Shown in pieces: positions 1 to 9,339 of a stretch of DNA of 39,717 nt. The notes below the pieces were generated by a model. The model saw nothing but the letters and a program-made list of their open reading frames with translations, ran no database searches and had not been told where the DNA came from. The stretch's first letter is position 1; every line of letters starts with the position of its first letter. Made by a program: the position numbers and the translations under genes. Where the stretch lies: assembly GCA_048885525.1 (NCBI GenBank), contig JBHLLP010000024.1:1-39717 (forward strand), in the 5' to 3' direction. Source of the stretch: Candidatus Hermodarchaeota archaeon. Lineage in GTDB: Archaea; Asgardarchaeota; Lokiarchaeia; Sigyniarchaeales; SOKP01.

Positions 1-284
1 GCTTGAGCTCCGGGACCGGGAGTTTGTGATTTATTTCCACCAGGGGCTCTAACTTTAATATGAATCCCATTAATACCCTTATCTTTGAGGTCATTTGCGA
101 CACGAAACCCGCATTGCATAGCAGCATATGGGGATGATTCATCTCGGCTAGCTTTCACGACCATTCCAGCAGTACATTTGGCAAATGTTTCAGCACCACT
201 AAGATCTGTTGCAGTAACTATTGTATTATTATAAGAACTGAATATATGCACTATGGCCCACTTATTTTCATCTCGTTTACTCAT
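1..284 (-). CDS. rps11: 30S ribosomal protein uS11 (3' end beyond window)
   Basis: Manual translation from ATG at 284: [33 protein letters not shown]...[10 protein letters not shown]...[26 protein letters not shown] at 295-291, 6 nt upstream. Follows S13 and S4. Confidence 0.97.
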   Translation of the reverse strand, partial: MSKRDENKWAIVHIFSSYNNTIVTATDLSGAETFAKCTAGMVVKASRDESSPYAAMQCGFRVANDLKDKGINGIHIKVRAPGGNKSQTPGPGAQ

Positions 285-296
285 TTTTACTCACCA

Positions 297-800
297 TTAA
301 CTTTTTTCTTTTGCTGTTGTAAATGGACTGCTAGGGGTGAAACCGATAAGATCTTCTTCATCTCTTTTTACAATATAGGAAGGAGCGTTAATTTTTTTTC
401 CTCTAATTTGTATATGTCCATGAGTGATATATTGTCTTGCTTGATATATAGTACTCGCAAGTCCTTTTTCATAAACAAGTGATTGCAATCTTCTTTTTAA
501 AATATCCTCTGTCGTTAGAAGAAGGACATCTTCGAATTCTGCTTCTGAACCAATAATTCCCAATCGATTTAATTTTTGAATGAGTGTCTTTTGTACTTCC
601 ACAGCTTGTTCTTTAGATAATGTTCTAGATTTTCGAGCGATATCACGCCAATTTCCTAGCATTGTACGCATTTTCCAGTATTCTCGCTTATTTCTAAGTC
701 CATATTTACCCAAAAATTCGAGTTCTTCCATTATTCGATCTCTTTGAAATGGATGTTTAGGTTTCTTGAATTTCTTTTTCAGACGTCTTGGATCTCCCAT
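297..800 (-). CDS. rps4: 30S ribosomal protein uS4
   Basis: MGDPRR...YGLRNKRE...RRLQSLV...ARQYITHGHI; archaeal S4 between S13 and S11. Confidence 0.97.
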   Translation of the reverse strand: MGDPRRLKKKFKKPKHPFQRDRIMEELEFLGKYGLRNKREYWKMRTMLGNWRDIARKSRTLSKEQAVEVQKTLIQKLNRLGIIGSEAEFEDVLLLTTEDILKRRLQSLVYEKGLASTIYQARQYITHGHIQIRGKKINAPSYIVKRDEEDLIGFTPSSPFTTAKEKS

Positions 801-811
801 TTTACCACCTT

Positions 812-1303
812 TTATTTTTGTTGTTGACCTTTTTTCCTTCTCATAACTCCAATTACTAATCCATGACGACCAGTGCTTCTAGTTCGTTGACCACGGACTT
901 TTAATTTTAAGTGATGTCTAACGCCTCTATAACTCTTGATTTTCTTCATTCTATCAATGTCTCTTTTGACAGTAATTTCTAACTGATTTCCTATAATGTG
1001 AAGATTTTCACCAGTTCGTAGATCTTTTGGTCGATTTACCATCCAACTAGGAATACCATTTTCAATAGGATTTAAGATTATTTCTTCGAGTTTATTCAAA
1101 TCTTTTTCAGAAATAGCACCTATCCTAGTATTAGGATCGATTCTTGAGACTTTAGTGATTACTTGAGCGAATCTTCTTCCAATGCCTCTAATTTGTGTTA
1201 ACCCATGTTCAACTTTTGCATTTCCATCCACTTGAGATCTTAGTTTACGAAAAAACACTTTTTCGCGGAAATTTTTTGGTCGAATCGCAGATAAAGAACT
1301 CAT
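812..1303 (-). CDS. rps13: 30S ribosomal protein uS13
   Basis: GIGRRFA, IPSWMVNR, SYRGVRH...VRGQRTRSTGR motifs. Confidence 0.97.
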   Translation of the reverse strand: MSSLSAIRPKNFREKVFFRKLRSQVDGNAKVEHGLTQIRGIGRRFAQVITKVSRIDPNTRIGAISEKDLNKLEEIILNPIENGIPSWMVNRPKDLRTGENLHIIGNQLEITVKRDIDRMKKIKSYRGVRHHLKLKVRGQRTRSTGRHGLVIGVMRRKKGQQQK

Positions 1304-1434
1304 TTAAACTCAATTAATTAGTATTATATTTTATTCTTTGATTTAATGGTAGAAAATACAGAGCTTAATATTAAATTTTTGGTTTTACTTAAGATAAAGT
1401 TATAGGAGTAGTAAATTTCTTAAAATAAGATTAC

Positions 1435-2928
1435 CTAGTAGTTTGGAACTCTCATGCTTTCTTCTTTTTTTGAATTAATGTGTTTTTTACTTGTACTTTT
1501 TTTAGAACCAGCAACTTTTTGTAATAATGATAAACCAGGTTTCACTTCTGCTATGGGCTTAGATTCAATTAAATTGTCTTCAATTAATTCATTATAAAGT
1601 TTTTTACCTATTTCAGTCCTAATCAGTACTGTATTCCATCCTGATGGAGAACCTATGGACCCGATTGAAATATCTGCTGATTCTGAGGTTAAATCATAAC
1701 ATACCTCACAATCTTCTCGAGCTAAATTTGAAATTTCTTTAATAGGAATACTTAATTCTTCTTGTTTGTTTGTAAATATGAAGAACTTTCCCTTATTGAT
1801 ATCCATCTTTTTAACACTTTTTATATCAACATTCAATTTCTCACATATTTTCATAAGAGATTCGTAAGAAAAGGACTCCATACAGAAGATTCCAATCCGA
1901 TAATTGATGTTATTTAAGGAAGGCAATCCAATATCGTATATCTTGGACTTTAGAATTGCTTGCATTTGACATGGTACTCCTACTACCGCGATTTTTTTAT
2001 TGTTTACTTCATCTTTGTTGAGTAATTGTAAATTAGGATTGTTTACATATTTGGTTCCTGCTGTGGAAAGGATATCTTCTTTGTTTTTTAGCAAAATTGG
2101 CTCAGGGCGCCATAGTGTGTTACTCATTTTGGCTCCTAAAGCGAGATCTATTTTGTTCTTATCAAAAAGATAATGTAAACAAGTACTTGAAATTCCTCCA
2201 TCTTGACATATTTCTGAAATTTCTTTTACTTTAGTTCTTGCTGAATAAGCTTCAAGAAAAGGTCCAATATTCTGATATTCTTTAATCTCAGAAGCTTTAT
2301 CTTGCGTCATATTTAAAATTTTCACAGGCAGATAAGTTCTTGGACAAATAAAATAACATAAACCACAGCGAATACACTTGTTTTCATCTATTTTGCCAAA
2401 TCCATTATATATATGGAGACAATTCATAGGACATATTCCTGCACACAATCCACAGCCAGAACAATTCTTAGAATCAAAAATTACTTTTACAGGTTCGTAG
2501 ATTGGCTTTAATTTTGAAACTTGTACATCATTAATTGTTATTGAAAAATCTTTGAAGATATTTTTATCTTGAGTATTTTCATCTCCTTCGATTTTATCTT
2601 CTAAAATTTCTACATTTATAAGTTTTTCATTTTTAAGTAATTCCATTAAGCTCAATGTTTTACTTAAATTAAAAGAGTTAAGTTCAGAAAATTTGGAAAG
2701 AGTCTTTAAATTATTTCTTGAATTATTTTTCAAATAGTTAAAAAGGGAATATTTTAGCTTTTCTTCGTCTAACATCTTGAAGAGTATAGCTTCATATTGA
2801 GCTTCATCATATATTCCAGTCTCTAAAATATCTTTTTTAGCATCTATAAGAGCTCGAATCCTATATGAATCTAAGGCATCTGCTACATTCTTTAAGAATT
2901 CCCATGAAAAATTTTCTTCAAGACTCAT
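1435..2928 (-). CDS. FrhB/FdhB-family (F420-dependent oxidoreductase beta subunit) protein with 2x[4Fe-4S] ferredoxin domain and ~145-aa N-terminal extension
   Basis: CSGCGLCAGICP and CIRCGLCYFICP ferredoxin motifs; QDGG, AGTKY, VGVPCQ, IGIFCMESF, CEVCYD, ADISIGSIGSPSGW FrhB motifs. Confidence 0.9.
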   Translation of the reverse strand: MSLEENFSWEFLKNVADALDSYRIRALIDAKKDILETGIYDEAQYEAILFKMLDEEKLKYSLFNYLKNNSRNNLKTLSKFSELNSFNLSKTLSLMELLKNEKLINVEILEDKIEGDENTQDKNIFKDFSITINDVQVSKLKPIYEPVKVIFDSKNCSGCGLCAGICPMNCLHIYNGFGKIDENKCIRCGLCYFICPRTYLPVKILNMTQDKASEIKEYQNIGPFLEAYSARTKVKEISEICQDGGISSTCLHYLFDKNKIDLALGAKMSNTLWRPEPILLKNKEDILSTAGTKYVNNPNLQLLNKDEVNNKKIAVVGVPCQMQAILKSKIYDIGLPSLNNINYRIGIFCMESFSYESLMKICEKLNVDIKSVKKMDINKGKFFIFTNKQEELSIPIKEISNLAREDCEVCYDLTSESADISIGSIGSPSGWNTVLIRTEIGKKLYNELIEDNLIESKPIAEVKPGLSLLQKVAGSKKSTSKKHINSKKEESMRVPNY

Positions 2929-2962
2929 AATTATTATAAACTATCATAGTTATGATTTTTTC
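2906..2962 (-). promoter_or_regulatory. Candidate SECIS element (eukaryote/Loki type), overlapping the frhB-like start codon
   Basis: Minus-strand RNA: GAAAAAAU-CAUAACU-AUGAU-AGUUUAUAA-UAA-UUAUGAGUCU-UGAA-GAAA-AUUUUUC. This gives a UGAU/UGAA quartet core, a ~9-bp helix II with one bulge, an A-rich apical loop and an A/U helix I. Located ~60 nt after the mvhD stop. Folded by eye. Confidence 0.55.
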
Positions 2963-3021
2963 CGAAAACCCGAGCTTTGGGTTAGTTGCTCTTCAACTAT
3001 GATTTTTTTGAAAAGTTCATT

Positions 3022-3450
3022 CTATTTCGGATTAAATTTTGGGAGAGGAGGGAGTGCATTAATTTTTGCGACAATATCTTCAACTGAATTTATAAATTTT
3101 TCAACTTCTGCTGCTGAACAAAAATATTGTTGAACTCTATCTTCAGAAATACCTTCATGTTTTAATAATTTCTTTAAAGTACTTATATGTTCATAAGTAT
3201 TAATGTTACCATTTCCAAATTCGCATTCTCCTTCTTTTCAAGAAATTATTGCGACACCATCAGCACCATTTAAAAAAGCTTCCATGATTAAATGAATTCC
3301 TACTCGTCCTGTGCACCTTACTCTAATGAGATGAAAATCTGTAGAATATGATTTTCTTGTTACACCAGTTAGATCAGCGGCTGAATACCCTCACTTATCA
3401 CAACCAAAAGCGATTATCCTTCTAGAACTACTATCTTTTTGTTTAATCAT
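3022..3450 (-). CDS. mvhD: MvhD/VhuD [2Fe-2S] subunit, 142 aa, selenoprotein with two UGA-Sec (U20, U71)
   Basis: Not in ORF track. Manual translation MIKQKDSSSRRIIAFGCDK*GYSAADLTG...IRVRCTGRV...AFLNGADGVAIIS*KEGECEFGNGN...RVQQYFCSAAE...LPPLPKFNPK-TAG. TGAs at 3393-3391 and 3240-3238 fall on the conserved Cys of the CxxC and GC-x-x-G-x-C motifs. Confidence 0.93.
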
Positions 3451-3471
3451 TATTTATAACCCCTAATTTAT

Positions 3472-5469
3472 TTATTCTTCAATAGTCTCAGAAATTTTTT
3501 CAATACTACTTAATTCACTACTGCTAATACCTTTAATTTCTTGAGAAAATTGTATATCTCGATAATATTTTAAGTCTATCGCTCTTGCTGGACAGGAAGA
3601 TACACATACACCGCATCCTTTGCATTTTAATTCATCAACTTGCGCGATTTCTTTCTCATTTACATTTATAGCTTCATAGAAACAAACTTTCTCACACCTA
3701 TGACATCCCATACATAGATCTTCATTAACTTCAGCAATAATTAATTCTTGTTTTATTGTGTCATGAGATAAAATAGTAGATGCTTTACTTGCGGCAGCTA
3801 AAGCAGAAGACACTGAATATGGAATATTTTTTGGCCCTGCAGCACATCCAGCAATGTAAATTCCTATATCTTTTGTTTCTTGTGGACTTAAACATCCATG
3901 AATTTCTGAAAGGAAACCTCCTGGACCCTTACTTAATCCCATTACCTCTACGATTTCTTCAGTTCCTTTTGAAGGAATCATTCCCGTTGATAATACGACT
4001 AAATCAGCATCAATCTTTACAATCTCACCAGTTAGAGATGAATACGCTCTAACTTTTATCTTGTTAGTTTTATGATCCTCTAATATTTCACCTACTTTTC
4101 CCCTAATCATTCTGATACCAGTTTCTCTTATTTTTCTATAATAATCTTCATTTCCCTTATCTGTTGTTCGAATATCAATATAAAACATAATAACATCCAT
4201 GTCTGGATACTCTTGTTTGAGTAATTGAGCGTTTTTAAGTGCAACACTACAACAAACAAAGGAACAATATGGATTAGCATTAACATCTCTAGAACCAACA
4301 CATTGAATCATTACTATGGTTTTTGGTATTTCTCCATTGGAAACTCGATATACATGCCCTCCAGTTGGTCCAATTGGACTTAGCATTCGCTCTAGTTCTA
4401 TTTGTGTAATCACATCAGGATAATACCCATAGTTATATTCATTAGTCTCCCATATTGGATATTCATCCCATCCTGTCGCTATAATTACTGCTCCAACTTT
4501 AATATCAATGTATTTCGTTTCTTGATCAAAATTTATAGCTTCAGCAGGGCAGGTTCGTTCACAATTTTTGCAATCAATGCACACACTTCTATCCATAACA
4601 GCTAATTTTGGGACTGCTTGGGGAAAAGGAATATATATTGCTCCTCTTTCACCAATACCTCTATCAAACTCACTAGGGACCTTAATAGGACATTTCGTGG
4701 TGCATAATCCACATCCTGTACATTTTTTTTCATCAATATACCGAGGATTCTTTTTAATCTTCACCTTATAATCTCCAGGAATACCACTAAACTCTACAAC
4801 CTCACTATAGGTAAATAAATTGATGTTTGGATGTTTGGATGCGTTTACCATTATTGGAGCTAGAACTCATATACCACAATCATCAGTTGGATATATTCTG
4901 TCTAATTGTGCCATCTTACCTCCAATAGTTGCTTCTTTTTCAACTAAATAGACAGGAATTCCTTGGTTGGCTAAATCTAAAGCAGCATTCATTCCAGCAA
5001 TTCCTGCTCCAACAACTAAAACCGCTTTTGTTACAGGAATTTCTTTTCGCGGAATATTTTCTAATTCTCGTGCACGATTGATTCCTGCTTTAACGAGTCT
5101 TATTGCTTTTTCTGTAGCTTTTTTCTTGTCATCTCTATGGACAAAAGAGCAATGTTCTCTTAAATTGACCATTTGAAAATAATAAGGACTTAAACCCGCT
5201 TCAATTAAAACAGCTCTGTAGGTAGGTTCATGTATCTTAGGTGTACATGCCGCAACAACTATTCTATTCAGATCCTGTTCTAAGATATCGTTTCTTATGG
5301 TATTTTGTCCAGGGTCACTACATGTAAAGGAGTTTACTCTAGCAATCACTACATTTGGGAGATTTTCAATAGCATCTTTAACCGCATCACAATCAATGGA
5401 AGCTTTAATATTCACTCCTCACTCACATACATAGACTCCTATTCTAACATTGGTCTGATTTTCAGACAA
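3472..5469 (-). CDS. hdrA: Heterodisulfide reductase subunit A-like flavoprotein, 665 aa, selenoprotein with two UGA-Sec (U17, U201)
   Basis: Track ORFs 4867..5415 and 3472..4851 are in one frame joined by TGA (DDCGI*VLAPIMV). Upstream of 5415 the frame reads TTG-SENQTNVRIGVYVCE*GVNI (canonical RIGVxVCHCGxNI), with an AGGTGA SD 5 nt before TTG at 5469. Also GAGIAG FAD motif, IQCVGSRD, YCSFVCC and ferredoxin motifs. Confidence 0.93.
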
Positions 5470-5679
5470 TAAATTCACCTTTTTGTAAACGTTCACCTAA
5501 TATTTTTCTTTAACTTGAAATATTTTATCATATCTTATTGTTTTAAGAAATTATGGAATTAATTTATTTTTTCTGATTAGATTTCAATAAGTAGTTATAT
5601 TTGTTTTCTTTTAATTTATTTCTACTTTTAATGAATTCCTCTCGTGAATTTTTTATGGAAAAAAATATTATTTAATATT

Positions 5680-5865
5680 ATGTCAGAGGCAGAAGATAAG
5701 AAGAAAGAGGATTTTGCTACTGAATTTATGGCAGAAGAAGGATTAAAAGGAAAAGCAAGAAGAATAAAAATTATGAAGATCATCGATATGGTGGGTTATG
5801 ATAAAAAAAAAATTAAAACAGCATTAGCCCGTTCCACTATAGCCGATAGGATTCAACATGAATAA
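5680..5865 (+). CDS. Small hypothetical protein (61 aa)
   Basis: MSEAEDKKKEDFATEF...; protein-like composition in coding-like purine-rich sequence; ATG at 5680 preferred over GTG at 5644. Confidence 0.6.
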   Translation: MSEAEDKKKEDFATEFMAEEGLKGKARRIKIMKIIDMVGYDKKKIKTALARSTIADRIQHE

Positions 5866-5975
5866 TATCAATTTTTTTAATAATGTTTTTGAATAGATTT
5901 CACATTTTAATTTATTAGTAGTTTTTAAATTCAAATAATAAAACTTTGGTTCTACGTGGATAAAAGGGATTCATT

Positions 5976-7265
5976 TTGCTTGATATTGAGTTATTTAGAA
6001 AGAATATTGAAAAAATAATTGAATCAGAGAAAAAGAGGTTTAAGGATCCAAAAAATACTGAGAAAGTTTTAGAATACGATAAAAAATGGAGATCAGTCCT
6101 ACAAGAATTAGAAGATTTAAGGAAAAAACGAAATGAAATTTCAATTAAAATTGGTGAGTTCAAAAAATTAAACGAACACGAGAAAGCAGAAGAACAAGTA
6201 AAAAAATCACGGGAAATTAAAGAAAAAATTGACAATTTAGAAAAATTAAGAGAAGAATATTTTGAGCGCCGAGAAAAATATCGCTATATAGTAGGAAATA
6301 TTCTCCACGAGTCAGTACCTATAGGTGAAACAGAAGAGGATAATGAAGTAGTAAGGACGTTTGGAAAAATACCAGATTTTGATTTTAAACCATTATCTCA
6401 TGTAGACTTAATTGAAAAAATCGATGGAGTAGATACAAAAAAAGCTTCAGAAATCGTTGGTTCAAGATTCTTCTATTTAAAAGGAGATCTAGTTTTCCTT
6501 AATTTAGCTCTTCTGAAATATGCATTAGACAAATTAATTAAAAAAAATTATATCCCTATGTGGACTCCTTTCTTTACAAAATATGAAGTGATGAAAGCAG
6601 CGGCAGAATTAGCAGATTTTGAAGAGCAATTATATAAAATCCAGGATGAAGATTTATATATGATTGCAACCTCTGAACAATCCATAGCTGCGTATCATTT
6701 TGATGAAATTATAGAACCAGAAAGATTACCACTTAAATATGCAGGAATTTCTTCATGCTTTAGAAGAGAGGCAGGTTCTCATGGAAAGGATACTTTAGGA
6801 ATATTTAGAGTACATAGGTTTGAAAAAGTAGAACAATTTATATTTTGTAAACCTGAAGATTCCTGGAAATATCATGAGGAATTGATAAAAAATGCTGAAG
6901 AGATTTACAAGGAATTAAAATTACCTTACAGAATAGTTAATATAGCATCTGGAGAATTAAACGATAATGCAGCAAAAAAGTATGATTTAGAAGTTTGGTT
7001 CCCTGCTTCAGAAACATTTCGAGAATTAGTATCTTGCAGTAATTGTTTAGATTATCAAGCAAGGAAATTAAAAATTCGTATGGGAAAAGTTGGTTCCCAA
7101 GAAACCAAAGAAATTTTACATACTTTAAATTCAACTGCAATAGCGACTGAACGTACAATCTGTTGTATTCTTGAAAACTATCAAAATAAAGATCATTCAA
7201 TCACAATTCCGGAAGTTCTTCGCAAATATATGAGTGAAAGAAAGATTATTAAAGCAATAAAATAA
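5976..7265 (+). CDS. serS: Serine--tRNA ligase
   Basis: N-terminal coiled arm, IATSEQ, CFRREAG, GIFRVHRFEKVEQF, ELVSCSNC, HTLNSTA motifs. Confidence 0.97.
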   Translation: MLDIELFRKNIEKIIESEKKRFKDPKNTEKVLEYDKKWRSVLQELEDLRKKRNEISIKIGEFKKLNEHEKAEEQVKKSREIKEKIDNLEKLREEYFERREKYRYIVGNILHESVPIGETEEDNEVVRTFGKIPDFDFKPLSHVDLIEKIDGVDTKKASEIVGSRFFYLKGDLVFLNLALLKYALDKLIKKNYIPMWTPFFTKYEVMKAAAELADFEEQLYKIQDEDLYMIATSEQSIAAYHFDEIIEPERLPLKYAGISSCFRREAGSHGKDTLGIFRVHRFEKVEQFIFCKPEDSWKYHEELIKNAEEIYKELKLPYRIVNIASGELNDNAAKKYDLEVWFPASETFRELVSCSNCLDYQARKLKIRMGKVGSQETKEILHTLNSTAIATERTICCILENYQNKDHSITIPEVLRKYMSERKIIKAIK

Positions 7266-7283
7266 AATCTAATAGAAAGTAAA

Positions 7284-8516
7284 ATGATTGAAAAAGATTT
7301 AACAGAATTTGAAACCTTTTATAATGAACAACTTAATTCTCAATTTTCCAAGATTAAGAAAATAGTAAATAAATTACTTAAAGATATAAGAGATAATTTA
7401 ATTGAAATAAAAGTATGTTTAGATCATTTCTTAGAAACAGGGATGGAGAAAATTGATCAAAAGGCACAGAGATCATTAAATTTTTTTTCTGATCGAATAA
7501 GAAAAGAAATTGATGAGATAGAAATTCCTGAAAAGGATATAAATTATGAGACTATCATGGAATTATTAAATTCTATTAAAAAATTATTCACAACAATTAA
7601 TGAAATCGCTAGAAAATCTTTGCCGAAATTTCATAAAGAAGTACAAACAGAAATAAAAGAATTAAACTATATAACTCGTAAGTTAGGGAAAAAGCAGGCA
7701 ACACTAGATCAATTCATGAGAAAGAAATATACTGAAGTTAAAAATGCTGAAGATTTTCTTAAAAAATTACCGAAACTCTTTCAATTAAGGGAAAATATTG
7801 AACATGCTAAAATTGATCTAGATGAATTTGGAAGAGAATTAGAGGGGCGTAAAAAAAAACAGGAAGAACTAAATTCAGAGTTAATAAAACTAGAAAAAAA
7901 TGACTATTTTAAGGAATTAGAGAATAATAAAGATAAATTGTTTCAATTACAGTTAGCCATTAATGATGAAATTGGATTTAAGAAAGCATTGAAAAAGTTG
8001 AAATTTGAATTAGAAAAAGGAAATATTCATATCTCTAATATTGATTTAAATTACTTGCGGGATTTTACTAAAAATCCAATTAAAATGTTAATTAATGAGC
8101 AAAAAGAATTACCTAAGTTTACGAGTCTTATGGTACAGCTACGCCATACTTTAGAAGAGAACAAATTAAACCTTAAAACTGATACTAAGCAAAAAACCAT
8201 AGATCAAATTAACGCAATTTTTAATGAAAAACAATTACAAGAAAATATAGAGAAATATCTAAAAATAAAAGAGGAAATTAAAGAAATCGAAAGAAAAATT
8301 CAAGAAATTGGATTAGCTCAGAAATTAGAAAATTTAAAAAATGATATATCTTCCAACACTGTGAAGTTAGAACATGTTCAAAGTGATTTTGAGAGAAAAA
8401 ATAAGGATTACACTAGATATCTTGAAGCTCTCAAAACTGAAAGGGAAGATTTCCAGAATTCAATTGAAGAAATCTTAAAGGAAAAAATAAAGATAAACGT
8501 AACTTTTTCTTTTTAA
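7284..8516 (+). CDS. Coiled-coil hypothetical protein
   Basis: 410-aa K/E/L-rich helical ORF 18 nt after serS; no catalytic motif recognised. Confidence 0.7.
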   Translation: MIEKDLTEFETFYNEQLNSQFSKIKKIVNKLLKDIRDNLIEIKVCLDHFLETGMEKIDQKAQRSLNFFSDRIRKEIDEIEIPEKDINYETIMELLNSIKKLFTTINEIARKSLPKFHKEVQTEIKELNYITRKLGKKQATLDQFMRKKYTEVKNAEDFLKKLPKLFQLRENIEHAKIDLDEFGRELEGRKKKQEELNSELIKLEKNDYFKELENNKDKLFQLQLAINDEIGFKKALKKLKFELEKGNIHISNIDLNYLRDFTKNPIKMLINEQKELPKFTSLMVQLRHTLEENKLNLKTDTKQKTIDQINAIFNEKQLQENIEKYLKIKEEIKEIERKIQEIGLAQKLENLKNDISSNTVKLEHVQSDFERKNKDYTRYLEALKTEREDFQNSIEEILKEKIKINVTFSF

Positions 8517-8520
8517 TACT

Positions 8521-9252
8521 TTATTCTCTTTCTGTTATTTTAAAAGACCTATTGTTATTAGCATTAATTTTTTTAATAGATAACTTCAAATTACGCTTTA
8601 AAAATTTAAAAACTTCTGTATCTGTTAATTTAAGAATTTTTAAATACTCATATGCAAGTATTAAATCCTGTTTTATATCAATATCAAAACCCGCTCTAAA
8701 AGAATCATAAATAGCTATTTTATCTATTCTTTTCTCATAAGCATTATTAAGTAAAGCAAATAAAGAAGGTATTTTTGGATGAGAAAAATATGAAGGGATA
8801 ATATCTGGGGGATTTCTTCCCAAAATAGAAATACCAGCAGAATGGATCGCAGGACATATAACCAATTGATTGTTTTTTAAAAGTGCATCAATTTCATAGA
8901 AATTTTTAGCAGAAATTAAAATTAAGTCTAAAAAAGAAAAAACTGTCTGTTTTGCATTATAATTTTTAATAGCTATAGTATTAAGATCTTTAATTACAGT
9001 ATCAAATGATTTAGGTGGAGTTGTCAATTCCTCTTTAATTCCTACTAAATCATAATTGGGGGCAATTTCTAATATTTCAGGAGTATTACAATATACAATT
9101 TTTTTATCAAAGCAATTGACTTTGGTTAAGGTCTTTCCAAGATCATTGAACATTGCAATTGTTAATTCTCTTAGTTGTTCAGCTGTAAAACAATCTCTGA
9201 GACGAGATTTTGTTTTTGATAACGGAGCAACAGGAATCAATAGGATACTCAT
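8521..9252 (-). CDS. cofC: CofC-like 2-phospho-L-lactate/PEP guanylyltransferase (F420 biosynthesis)
   Basis: LIPVAPLSKTKSRL N-terminal motif and FDIDIKQDL C-terminal motif; start set at ATG 9252. Confidence 0.75.
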   Translation of the reverse strand: MSILLIPVAPLSKTKSRLRDCFTAEQLRELTIAMFNDLGKTLTKVNCFDKKIVYCNTPEILEIAPNYDLVGIKEELTTPPKSFDTVIKDLNTIAIKNYNAKQTVFSFLDLILISAKNFYEIDALLKNNQLVICPAIHSAGISILGRNPPDIIPSYFSHPKIPSLFALLNNAYEKRIDKIAIYDSFRAGFDIDIKQDLILAYEYLKILKLTDTEVFKFLKRNLKLSIKKINANNNRSFKITERE

Positions 9253-9339
9253 AATAAATGCATAAATAATCTCTAAGCAAATATAAATTGTAAATATTAA
9301 AGTCAAAAATAAAATTTAATATTTAAAATTATATGGAAG

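Noticed and set aside
2989-3020. First AUGA hairpin after mvhD as the functional SECIS
   Set aside because: The 3' side reads CAAC rather than NGAN, so no tandem G-A core; kept only as part of the competing-structure finding.
3022-5469. hdrA/mvhD as pseudogenes, or genome-wide TGA reassignment
   Set aside because: All four stops are TGA at conserved Cys sites with no frameshifts. TGA ends other genes normally (11871, 15132, 16559, 22362, 32013) and Trp uses TGG.
7284-8516. Coiled-coil protein as SMC/SbcC or ESCRT-III
   Set aside because: No Walker motifs, hinge or Snf7 pattern recognised.
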